Source of the DNA: Glaucostegus cemiculus
Taxonomy: Eukaryota
Reading direction: 5' to 3'
Length of the DNA stretch: 64,000 nucleotides
Assembly: GCA_976551045.1 (NCBI GenBank)
Contig: CDPCPM010000479.1
Coordinates: 868,001-932,000, forward strand
In this document: piece after piece, positions 38,287 through 49,985 of the stretch
Layout: each line of letters begins with the position of its first letter
Position numbering within the stretch: the stretch's first letter is position 1
The notes under the pieces: model-generated
Databases searched by the model: none
The model's input: the letters and a program-made list of their open reading frames with translations, nothing else
What the model was told of the DNA's origin: nothing
Translations under genes and position numbers: made by a program

Positions 38287-40692
38287 GTAAGTAGCATCCG
38301 AAGCATGTTGAGTCTTTGGTGCTTGGCTGTAGAGGAAAGCATGTTGGAATGGTTTTCTATTGTGCTGCTCATTTCATTGTACTGTGAAACTCATCATTAA
38401 TAAAATTAACACCCCAACCAACTACTCACTCTGTAGTCTTTCTGTATATGTCCCACCAAGAAAGTAGGATATCACATGACCAATTAGCTTGGCAGCTATG
38501 GCTAGGAAATGTTGATTTTTTTTTTCCACCAAGAAAGGTCTAATTAGCATTTCTACTATTGGTGGTTGACTGAAAAAAAAATGGGCTAACTTTCATAAAT
38601 AGGTAAGAGTTTGCGATATATGCAGTCCGTTTTGTTAAGCTTGCTTTTGTCTCCAAGGACTGCGATGTCTTGTAGCTATCTTTAAAATCTAGACAGTTTT
38701 TGCTATTTCCAATTCCACACATCAATGCATCTAGAATATCATAGTTCAGACTTGCAGGTACAACAAAAATATAATGGACTTGCACCAGCCATGATAGTGT
38801 GGTATTAGTCTAACATTAGGCTTTTGTTGCTTTGCTTATTTTATTGTATTTGAGGTATACGCGTGTAAAGGGTGAATTCACTTTATCTTAACTCACACAT
38901 CACTACTTGCTTTTTTTTGATCTACATTGACTCAAAGTTAAGCAGTACTTAAAACATTCATTTTCTTTTCAGTTTTCTTCTTGGGTTCATCCTTCCCTAG
39001 TTCGGTAATCCTTGCTAACCGGAAAACTGAGTTGTGACTCCTTTAATTTGCCCTCCCTGTTCATCTCTAAGTGCTTCACTCATTGGTTTCTTTTTCCAAA
39101 ACCCTAAGCTGGAATTCTTTCCCTGGGCTACTTGATCCTTGTGCCCTTTCTCCTTTAGGATGCTCCTTAAATCTGCCTTTTTGACCAAGCTTTAATATAA
39201 CTTTGATAGAGTAAAATACCCCAATGCTCTTTTTGGTAGTGTTATTTAAAAAGTCTAAAGGTACTATACTTGTACCAGTTGTTTTGCCTCTTTTTTGCAT
39301 GTCACATCTAATCAAGTTGGAATAAGAAATACATGTTTGTTACATTAGTCCCCAGCATCTTTTTATGCAGAAAAATCATCTTGTACTGCATCATTTAAGA
39401 CATTTAGAACAGAATTTACCTTGCTTTCTCTTGAGCACACAGCTGTAGCACACAGTTTAATTTCTGCATCAGGTTCAGCTGTATACAAAATATTGAACTA
39501 CTTTTTAGTGCTCCAGTCATCGATCAAAATTGTAGTTGAGAAGTCTGTGGTTGTTGGTCATGGTATAGCTTTTAGCTTCTAATACATATTGCCTTTAACG
39601 TGCTTCATACTACTATACATATAACTGCTTGCATGGAGAATGGCTATTGGTTTCTAGAGCACTTTCTCTCATATGGCTGCAGTCATGAAAATGGATTGAT
39701 TTCGCTTTTTACTCTAGCCCCTTTTGCATGAGGATATTGAGGAAAAATATAGACCTTTGAAGAATAGTAAACATGTAACTAGTTGCTGGTTATTTGTCTG
39801 AAAGGGATAATCCATTAATTGGTTTTCTGCAGATGTGCATTTAAAGGTAACCACCAGTTTCGCACATTGCTGTTTTTCCTTGAACATGCACCACATTAAT
39901 CTTAAATGAAACATATCTTATACCTGTTGAGATTGGGGGACTAAATGATCACCCAGTTAATTTGGGATTGTAATTGATTGACCTGTGTGCACTTTTTCTA
40001 ACTATTGTAAGCGCTATGGCCTTTTGGAAATGCTTCACTTTTATTAGAGCAATGGATAAAATGCTGTCGCCCTGCAGTTTGAGGGTCCAAGGCGTGTTGT
40101 GCTTGTGTGTGACATAGAATTTAGTGCTACAAAAGTTAAATCAGTATTTTAATCCCCTACACTACCTAGTGAACTATTTAGCAGCAAGTTTAATGCCTCT
40201 CATTAGTGGCTGCTACTACTACACTAATTTCTGAAAACTATTTTGGGTAATAAATATCTTTTGGCACTCATGCAAGTGCTGACTGTTACAGTTTCCAAAA
40301 GTAGTTTTCTGCAGATTTTTGTAATCATCTTTAAAATAATACAGAGCCATAAAATCAATATTAATAAGTTAATATGGATTTGTAAATATTACCTTTTAAG
40401 GGATATAAGCTGATCGGATATTTGACAACTTTGCTGAAGGTGCATTTTGATCCATATGAGATGATGCATAGCATATTATTTTCCATACTTTAATGTTGGA
40501 TAATTCTGTGGCTCTGTACACTTTTTCTAGTTTGTAATATTCAGTAGTGGATATTTGCAGATCGTATTTTTGGATATTATACAGTAGCCAATTGATATTT
40601 AGCACTTAAAAAGTTTAGTATGTACTGGGGGAAAAACAACCCAGTGTTAGTCATCGACCATTTTTATTCTTTTTTTTTTTCTGGCTATTCAG

Positions 40693-40716
40693 GAAATACC
40701 GATGTGTGCTGATACT
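40693..40716 (+). CDS. RAPGEF1: Candidate 24-nt microexon (EIPMCADT)
   Basis: T-rich tract (11-T run) then ctattcag|, consensus donor act|gtaagt. 24 nt, stop-free, phase 0-0, between phase-0 neighbours. Confidence 0.6.
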
Positions 40717-40984
40717 GTAAGTGATTCCATCTTTAACTTTTGTCTTAAATTACATTAGTGCAACTGCTCAGCAGCTTGTAGCACATTTTTAGACAGTGTT
40801 ATCATCAATGGTAGATAATACTTGAGAATGTCTACTTCCAATGTATTAGAAAAGCTGTAGATGATGAAGTGATTGAGACTGTGTCTAATTTAATTCAAAA
40901 GTACGCTGCTGGCCTGTGAGCCAAATATAATTCCTAGTGCTTTTTTCCCTGAAACATTGCATAATCTGGTTAATTTCATTCCAG

Positions 40985-41076
40985 GAGCCTATAGAATCTG
41001 CTAACGAAGAAGAGGTCCATCACAGTGACTCCCCGAAATCAACTAATGTAAAGGAAAACCAAGATAGAAATGACAG
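40985..41076 (+). CDS. RAPGEF1: RAPGEF1 coding exon (EPIESANEEEVHHSDSPKSTNVKENQDRND)
   Basis: ttcattccag| acceptor, ag|gtggga donor. Phase 0 to 2 bridges to the next exon. Positional equivalent of the divergent human linker EPPAGKDG...DGSER. Confidence 0.8.
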
Positions 41077-42044
41077 GTGGGATTGAAGGACTAAAGACCC
41101 ATACCACTCCTAATCAAAACAAAACCTTGTTTGTAAAATTCTTCTGAATTGTACTTATCTACTTGACAACTTGTTACTAGCATATATATGTTTGTATTTT
41201 TTCCACAAGACAAATAGGCCTATTATTTTAATTAGATGAATAAAAGGGTGTGTTTGTTAAATTTGGGATTTGTTCAGAGATGAACTACATAAAAGATAAC
41301 ACAGATCTGCTTAATGCTAAAGCTAAAAAAAACATATAAATTTTGTATTATGATTCAATTCAAAGTAAGATATTATATATTAATATTGGCTTTAAGATTT
41401 GTCACAGCCAGGGAGAAATGGAATAATTTGAGTATGAAATCAACTGCATTAAACGGAGACAATTGTGCATTTGTAAAACACTATTAAAAATAAAAACTCA
41501 ATCTCTAAGGCTTTCGTTCAAGAGTTAAAAATGCACCACATAAATGAGAGTGAGAACAAAGCAATGATCAAGTAAGTAAATTTTGTAATGTCATAGTCAT
41601 ACAGCACAGAAACAGACCCGTCAAGTTCATGCCAACTATCAGTCATCCACTTACATTAATTCCCCTTTCTCATTTTATTCTCCCAAGGTCCTGAGTAAAG
41701 AAACAATTAAGTAGAGGAATTTATTAGAGAACTGGTTAAAATGGCATTTGGATAACTGAAAGCTCTGCCATTAATGGCAGGGTAGAGGAGAGGAGAATGC
41801 AGCGTTTAAAGTATGATGGGATAATAGAGTGGGAAAGACGGTGGAGGGATTTGTCAAAGAGAAATTGAAATTAATTAATGTATTGGTGATTACACAGCTA
41901 AGAAATGGGGATAGATTGGAACATTAACCAAGTACATAGGCTAAAGTGGCAAAAAGATCAGTTTGTTTTGGAATTTGTAGAGGTTGGGAGCTTGGATGGG
42001 GAAAGAGTGACGACTAATGGGGGGCTGGGGACAAATTTAGAGGG

Positions 42045-42172
42045 GTCTTTAGTAAGGTTTCGGCCCGAAACGTCAACAATTTCTTTCCTCCCCCAGACAC
42101 TGTATGACTCAGTTCCTCCAACCCATTGTTTGTTGCTCTAGATTCCAGCATCTGCAGTCTCTTGTGCTCTCC
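42045..42172 (+). repeat. Penelope-terminal-repeat-derived short repeat
   Basis: cggcccgaaacgtcaac...gattccagcatctgcagtctcttgtg, shared with copies at about 30860-31005, 44450-44620 and 48230-48280. Confidence 0.65.
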
Positions 42173-42174
42173 AT

Positions 42175-42520
42175 ATTTGGTTTCACTAGAACATGTTTAT
42201 TTTGTGTATTCTTGCAGATCCCCTTGAATGTTTGCCACTGCATCTCAATTGACTGAATCCTTAACCTAATTTGACAGTTTTCTTTAGCTAGCTTTTTCAT
42301 ATGCCTTGTAATTGCCCTAATTTAGTTTTAAAATACTAGTCTTGGCATATTCTTCTCTTTCTCAAATTGAATGTAAAATTCAATTGTATTGTGATCACTG
42401 CCTGGGGTGCCTTCATTATGAGATCATTAATTAATCCTATCATGTTGCATGATACCAAGTCTAGAACACCTGCTTTCTGGTTCAAGACCTGCTGTTCTAA
42501 GAAACTATATTGCAAACAAT
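42175..42520 (-). mobile_element. Decayed CR1-type internal (endonuclease/linker) fragment
   Basis: Minus-strand ORFs 42109-42300 and 42336-42530 (EMQWQTFK; FLEQQVL..GVLDLVSCN..LINDL) resemble the CR1 endonuclease C-terminus. Confidence 0.6.
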
Positions 42521-42898
42521 CTGACCTCATTAGGTTAGAATTAAACTGAGCACAAAGTCATACCCCTGGAAGGCGGTGATTGTATGAAATTTAAGATCCA
42601 ATTTTGGCCCAGTGTTCCCATGTTGCAATTGAAACCCAAAACCAGAGCAGTCAATTCTTTGGTTTACCTTTTGACAATTATGAGGAGAAGCTTCTCAGCT
42701 AGTTTATCATCATCAATATAAACTAAAATATTCATGCTAGAATAGTGTATATTTAGAATATATCAGATCCACTGAACTTTGCTTCTGAAGAAAACAACAA
42801 TATTCTGGCTTACATTCATGCCTTATTTTTGTGGTGTTTGAAGTCGACCTGTCTCATATGCCTATTGATTATTTCTGTATTGTTTGTCTTTTCCTTAG

Positions 42899-43007
42899 GC
42901 GAACAGAAACACAGAACTCATCTGACTTGGATCAAAATGACGAAACGGATGAATTGTCCCTCATAAATCATGATGAAATTGTGGCTCGACTTACTCTCAA
43001 ACAAGAG
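42899..43007 (+). CDS. RAPGEF1: RAPGEF1 coding exon (...DELSLINHDEIVARLTLKQE)
   Basis: ccttag| acceptor, gag|gtaatg donor. Resembles DELSLIDHNEIMSRLTLKQE. Phase 2 to 0. Confidence 0.95.
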
Positions 43008-43365
43008 GTAATGCCTTCTTTAGCATAGCAGTTACTAGCTGGCACAGAGCTGAGAATGGAGAAATCCCCCATTTCATCTGTGAGGGAATTGCTGTGAGAG
43101 ACTTTGGTATAACTGAATGTTTTATTGAATGTGATGGGATGATGGACTGAACTTTTAGCTGGGGTGGAGGAAAGTACATGGGTTTGCAATTGGAATTGCA
43201 TCCAACTAATTTGTTGTAACTTGCATTGGAGTCTAGATACTTTTTGACTGCCTCGTCTAAGAGGTCTATGGCAGATCTTAAGCCACTGACATGCAGCAAA
43301 GATGTTTGTTCAAAAATCCCAGCCCAGAGTCCTTTGTTACCTTGGTTAAAAATGCAAACACTTCA

Positions 43366-43595
43366 TTTATACGGCATGGTAAGAGGCCCTTCCAGCCAAC
43401 TGAGTCTGCACCACCCATTTAAACCCATGTTAATTTACCCGTACATCTTTGGAATGTAGCAGGTAACTGGAGGACGCAGAGGAAACCCATGTAGACATGG
43501 GGAGAACGTACAAGCTCCTTACAGACAGTGGGAATTGAACCCTGATCACTGGCGCTGTAATAGCATTATGCTAATCGCTATGCTACTGTGCCACC
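43366..43595 (-). mobile_element. V-SINE-like element (antisense)
   Basis: Reverse complement of head, V core and CR1-like tail (gaggaaacccatgtagacatggggagaacgtacaagctccttacag). Confidence 0.85.
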
Positions 43596-44449
43596 TCGTA
43601 TCGTACAGTACACAGTCGAGCAAAATCCCAAATTTGGTGACCGGAGCCACTGTAATACAGAGCTGCTGGAATTAAAGAAAGCCTGGGTGGGGTAATGCTG
43701 AAGTGGGGTTGGGGAATGAAACTGAATTGAACTGAAATGAAGCCAGGATTCCACATTGGCAATTAGTTTTATTGGGCACATTAGTGCCAGTTGTATTGAA
43801 GTTAACTGCTTTCATTTTATTTGATCTCCAAGGGATTCTGAAAAAGTGATGTAAATAGCAATGCAAATATGATTTGTATTATAAATACACAAAATACATC
43901 ATAAATTGTTAAACTTGTGTTGTCTTAATTAAAATATTCTTTGAAGCAGTGAATATTTTAAAATTAAAGTGGAGACGCTAGATAAATCAAAACTGGTACT
44001 GAAATTCCAGGACTAACAGGGTCTTTATAAAATGTATTGGGTACATTATGCTGTGAAACACAAAAACATCAGTCGTAACTTTGCATTTTAAGTGAGGAAA
44101 CTGTTGGTGGGTTGTTGTATGATGTCAACCTGATTTTAAAAAGACTAAAAATATTACCTGATTAAAAGAAAACATGTTTCATGTGAGTGGCTGTCAAAGG
44201 TGATTCTGATTCAATCAAAAGGTACACCACTTGTATAAAGGCATGATCTCCGGATCTGATCACAGAGTTGAAATACTTTTACCTTCTGCAATATACCTGG
44301 TTGTACAGATTCTTTGTGCAAACATGGATGGTGCATTGCATTCAGCTTTTAGTCCTGTGAACCAATGGAGTGAAATGCTGGGTCTTGCAAAGGAGTTTTG
44401 CATCTGAAGCATATGATTAAGTTACTGTATCAAGTTACGTTGGGTTAGT

Positions 44450-44620
44450 GAAGACGCAAGAGACTGCAGATGCTGGAATTTCAAACAGCTGCAGTTTCAT
44501 GATGGGTCTTGTACCAAAATGTCAACTGTAGCAGTCCAGGTGAAGGGTCTTGACCCAGAACAGCAACTGTCCACTTCCCTCCATAGATGCTGCCTGACCA
44601 GCTGAGGTCCTCCAGTAAAT
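44450..44620 (+). repeat. Penelope-terminal-repeat-derived element with two tandem hammerhead-like units
   Basis: 40-nt period units at 44492-44528 and 44532-44569, followed by ccatagatgctgcctgaccagctgaggtcctccag. Confidence 0.65.
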
Positions 44621-47030
44621 TGGGTTAATGCTTTAAATGTGCATTAATTTTGTTTACTCTTTCTTTGGTTATTAATTTGACCAGTTCGTATGATCTAGTT
44701 TTCAATGTTGAGAATCTAAGGTAAAGCGCGAGATCCATTAAAAGCTTCTATGTCTACAGAAGACCAAATATTTCATGACAGGAAACATGTTACATTTATG
44801 ATTTTCCCCTGGGGTACACATAAGATAAAAATGAACCCCAAAATGGGCTAGTTCTCATATTACCACAATAACAGAACTCAGTGTACCCTGAATCTCCAAA
44901 AAAAAAAATTGAATTGAATGCAAACAATTGTTGCCTCAGCTTCAGAAGAAGAATTCTAATATTCAGAACAGATACAGAATTATTATTGACTGTGCAATAG
45001 GAAGCCTCGCCTCTTTATAGCAGGATTGATTGCGTTGTGACAGCAAACCATTTGGTTTCCAGCAGTTGCCAAAAACAATCAGACAATTCATCACTTCTCA
45101 GAGTGTGTGTGCTCCAGGGAGTGGCGGGGGAAGGGAAGGGTGCACTGGAAGGACGGCACTGGAATCGATATGCAACAATTTTGAATGTATAGTTGAAGTA
45201 AGGAAATTGTCAATTTGGTACAATGTTTCTTGCATGAAAAATAAAAGAATAATTTTACTTATCATCCTAAATTAGAAATCAGGTTTGAGCTTGTTTCCAA
45301 GTTTATACTGAAATGTGCAGCATTCAATACCTATCCCTCATGGTGGAGAATAAGGGATATTTTATCTGTGGGTCTGAAGGTGGCTGATGAGGTTGATCTA
45401 GGAGTGGCAGGTTCTGTTGCAACTGACCTTGGATTCCCTGAGTCATTTTGGTTCGGCATTCTCCCAATACCCACCAAGTATGCACTTGCCTGGAGTGCAT
45501 CTTCTGACAGCTTCTTGCATAATAATGAACATAAAAATGGAAGCCTCACTCTCAGAAGTGCTCTAACTGCACAATTCCCCTGACCTGAAACATTGACTCT
45601 GCTTCTCTTTCTACAGATTCTGTCTGACCCGCTGAGTATTTACAGTCTTCTGTTTTTATTCCCAATACTTAACCTGCTGTTAGAGAATGAATTTACGTTG
45701 GTCTCTGAGGTTCACTAACATGGAAAAACTAAAAAAAAAATCACAGTATAAAACATTTTTAAAAATTGTAGTGGTAATTAAAATGAAAAATACGTTAATA
45801 TTTTTGTAATTGGTAAACTGAAATGTGTTTAATTTTTATTATCTGAAACTGGGTAGTCTTCTGTGACTTCAATTTTATTTCTTCCCATCTCAGAGGGAAG
45901 CACTGTGCATTCTTCATTGTCAGAAAGAATACTATTCATAAATGGATTTATGAGGAAAAAAATAATTGAGTCTTTCACATGGGATTTAGCCTGTCAAGTA
46001 TCTCCTTTGCCACTTCGCACATTGTATGCAAATTGTTTCCGGGTGCTATGTTGTTCATAAGCACTCATTCATTCAAATGCACGTGATTTCTGTCTAATTC
46101 GAGTGCTATTTCATGGAGGTAAATATTTCCCAAAAATTACCAGAAATATTGGACATTTTAAACTTTTATGAACAGACTTTGCCATCATCCTGTAGCCTGA
46201 GCATTTTTGATTAAATATAAATCATTTTTGAACCCTCATTGAGGTTCCTTCCATAATTTTAATTTCAATCCTGGAATCATCTAAGAGTTCAGAATTTGAG
46301 GATTAAGGCGTTATTAATTAACTCAAGAAGAAGGCATTTGTTAATCAGTTTTAATCCATCCTTCCATTCATTATCACTAATTGAAATTCAAGCATAACAA
46401 CTTGTTTCCTTTGTGGATCATTGAAACTTGGTTTTGCCACTTCAGCTACCCACTTCCTCCAAAATATCATCCCCCTGCGGGGTGCTGGGGTGGTGAAACT
46501 AGATCAATGCAGTCTTCATCATACAAACTGGACATGCTACCAGAGATGCTCTGTAATGAGAGGTTTGGGCGGTGCTAGGAGAGAAGTAAAGCTGGGTGTC
46601 ATCAGTGTGGCCCAAGAGATAACATCTGAGAGCCACAGGAGGAAATCTCAGATGGGATACTTCGGTTGTGAATTGGTTTCTGGAAAATGAGCAGTAGTTG
46701 GAAAGATAATGGATATTGGGTCAGATGAGTGCTGGGTCAACACCACAGAGGTGCCGGAGTGTTGACTGTACTGTGTATTTTTATTGTACTAATTTAGAAC
46801 TTGCATTCAGTGACAAAGCAACAGCATTCGTGGGTGATCTCTATAAAATTCCCCACAAAGTTTAGTGATCTCTGCTTAGTATGTTCCCACAGAAACCACA
46901 GTTCCTAGCAATGACCACAGTTAATAGCTACACAGCAGGCTATAATAGTTTTTGCTTTGGCAATCTAATGTGTCCACCCATTCCTCCAGTCGGTCCATTT
47001 CTCCTTGGTCTATTACTATTCTTCTCATAG

Positions 47031-47273
47031 TTTTTTTTTATTTACAGCGTGGTAACAGGCCCTTTCGGCCCTCCAAGTCCACGTCGCCCATTTTAAACAC
47101 CCAAATTAACCTCCCATACGTCTTTCAGAATGTGGGAGGAAACCGGAGCACCCGAAGGAAACCCGCGCAGACACGGGAGAACATACAAACTCCTTACAGA
47201 CAGCGACGGGAATCGAACCCAGATTGCTGGCGCTGTAACAGCGTCGTGCTAACCGCTACGCTATCGTGCCACC
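47031..47273 (-). mobile_element. Full-length V-SINE-like element with intact Pol III boxes (antisense)
   Basis: On the minus strand: A box TAGCGTAGCGG, B box GGTTCGATTCC, V core, CR1-like tail, oligo-A end. CpG-rich. Confidence 0.92.
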
Positions 47274-47479
47274 CGATGCTCCCTATGCTCACAGATATTA
47301 TTGCATTTACCTGTGAAAATTGTGCCCTGTGCAGTCTTCCAAGTACTTAATGTACATTAAAGCGCTCCATATATAAATCTCACTGTATACTTTCCCCTAG
47401 TCTGAAAAACAGTCACTCACTAAGTTTCCTGTCACTTAGCTGTTTTTTTTATCCATGCTACTGGTTTTCTGTTGACAGA

Positions 47480-48230
47480 TAGGGATGATAAGTTTTGGGA
47501 ACCTTGGATAACAAGAGATATTGTAACTTTAGTCAAAAGGTAAAAGGAAACATATGTAAGGGTTAGGAAGCTGAAATCAGAAAAAAAACCCTTGTGGAAT
47601 ATAAAGGAAGCAGGAAAGAACTTGAACAAGAAATTAGCGGGACTGAAAGGGGCCATGAAATATTCTTGGCATGTAGGATTAAGGAGAATCCCAAAGCGTT
47701 TTATATGCATATTAGGAGCATGAGGGTAGCCAGGAAAAGGGTGGGTCCACTTAAGGACAAAGGAAGGAATTTATGCATGGAGCCAGAGGAAGTAGGTGAG
47801 GTCCTTATTTAATACTTTGCATCGGTGTTCACCAAGGTGAAGACCCAGGATGATGGTGAGAGATTAGGGAGTGATATATCAATATTCTAGGACATCTTGA
47901 TATTAAGAAGGGGAAGTTGTTAAGTGTCTTGAAAAACTTTAAGGTGGATATGTCCTCTGGGCTTAATAAGATCTATTCCAAATTACTGAGGGAAGCAGGG
48001 GAATACTGCTGAGGCCTTGACAGAGATCTTTATATTTGCTAGTTATGGGTGAGGTGCCAGTAGACTGGAGAATAGCCTATGTTGTTGCTTTGTTTAAGAA
48101 GGGTAGCAGGGACAATCCAGGAAATTAATGACCAGCAAGCCTTACACCAGTGGTAGGGAAATTATTGGAGGAACCTTTTGGGGACCGGATTTGCTTTCAT
48201 TTGAAAAAGCAAGGACTTGTAAAGGATGAA
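47480..48230 (+). mobile_element. CR1-type LINE internal fragment (linker and RT N-terminus)
   Basis: ORF 47594-47812 (LACRIKENPKAFYMHIRS..RVGPLKDKG..EPEEVGEVL), then a decayed VP.DWRIA.V..LFKKG.RDNPGN motif. Confidence 0.85.
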
Positions 48231-49149
48231 GACAAAAGAGATGGCAGATGCTAGAATCTGGAACACCCAACAGATTGCAGTAAATTTACTATTTTTCCAG
48301 TAAATCTAAGCTTACAACAAAATACTTACTGCTGATACTGTGAATAAGATTTAACACCACATCTTGTTTTACCCATGCCATATTCTGTTTGTTCCCGGAC
48401 TGAATTTATTTTAGTTTATTTGAAATCTGCAGATAAACTGAAGAATCAGCCATCAGAGTCATCAAAAAGTTAGTACATCATTGACAGCTTCTCATTTTTA
48501 CTGTTGACTAAGCAATTCTATTAATTTTATTTTGATGCTTAAAAATATTTAGTTCCTACTTCTTTCTCGACCTCTTCTGAAATTGAAAATGATGCATTAG
48601 CCACATGATAGTGGAATGTAGTGAAGCACAATATTCACCAATTTAAGTATATCAGTGACTTAGAATTGAGAACTGGAATGGCTATTGGGTGATTAAATTA
48701 CTAGGGTATAACTTTAATTCAGTTCCTATTTTTGATTCATTCCTTTGTTCCTTTTATATTTCTTCTATTATAAATTGCTATAGCTGCAATAATAAAGAAT
48801 GACTAAGTTCGTCTTATGGTAATTGTATTCTTAATGGGAGTGAGAGCATAAAGGGATGAATTTTGCACTAATTGGCTCCAATTTACTTCCCAGTAGATAC
48901 TTATGAAATCTTGCAGAAACCACCAGGATGATTCTTTATTGAGAGGCTGTGTTGGAAAGGGTACCACATGGGGTTGCCAAAAAAAGCGATGCCCACAGAA
49001 TAACAAAATTTGTCAACACTGCTGGAATTGTCAAACTCAAATCTTTTAAGTGTTTTTTTTTTCCTGAGGGCATGCTTTTCAAAAAATGCTAATAAGCCAT
49101 TAGAGATTTTTAGAAAAAGGCGTAGAATGTTTTAAAGGCATTAAGATAC

Positions 49150-49985
49150 TATGTGTATATGTGGACTTCTGAAAAGGCTTTTGATAAATATGAATTTAGA
49201 CATATTTAAAACTAGGGTCCATGGGATCAAATGGATCATGGGTAGCTTAGTACACAATTGTCTAAGAGAAGTGAATTGTGGTGAACTATTTTTCTAGACT
49301 GGATGGAAGTATACAGTGATATTTCCTCAAGTTCAACAATTTAATTGAGGAACTGTTTAAAATGAACTAATGCCGTGGCTTTGGAGAGCATGATTTGTAA
49401 AAAAAATTACAGATGATATGAAAGTCAAAAACTGTGAGGAAGATGGCAGTAAATCACTGGGGAGTCAACAGACTGGTGTAATAGCAAACAGATTGACAGA
49501 TAGCACAAAGGGTAAAGACTTATCCCGTTCTGGGTACCATGCTCGAAGAATGTTTCAAGGCTGAGGGATTTCTGTTATGTACTGGACTAGAGGTGCCGTG
49601 ATATCCTCCCTAGAATAGAGAAATCTCAGAAGAGATTCATCTTTTAAATCATAACTGGTGTGCATAGTAAATGAAGAAAAATTGATCATAATGGCTTAAG
49701 GGACAATAATAAGAGGGCAAAGGTTTATGGCAGTTGACAAAAGAACAAGCAAAAACAAATCTTTTATGCAATTTGTGAGTGGGATTTGGAATTCTCTGCC
49801 TGAGGGGGTAAATTGAAATGTGATTGTAACCTTCAAAAGGGAACTGAATGAATAACTGGAGGAAAAATAAAATCAGTGATTTGGAGAAGGAGCGGGGGAT
49901 AGGCCCTAACTGCTGGCTTTTCAAAAACTAACTAGGACTCAATGGACTGTAAGACTTCCAGTAATGTGCCAGTCTGTGATTCTAT
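49150..49985 (+). mobile_element. Highly decayed CR1-type LINE 3' portion
   Basis: gtgtatatgtggacttc..aaaggcttttgataaa (VYxDFxKAFDK-like), with a CR1-like 3' UTR near 49780-49985. Confidence 0.55.

Noticed and set aside
47200-47273. tRNA-like sequences (also at 36287, 43540 and 53118)
   Set aside because: They are SINE heads fused to V core and LINE-like tail, not stand-alone cloverleaf tRNA genes.
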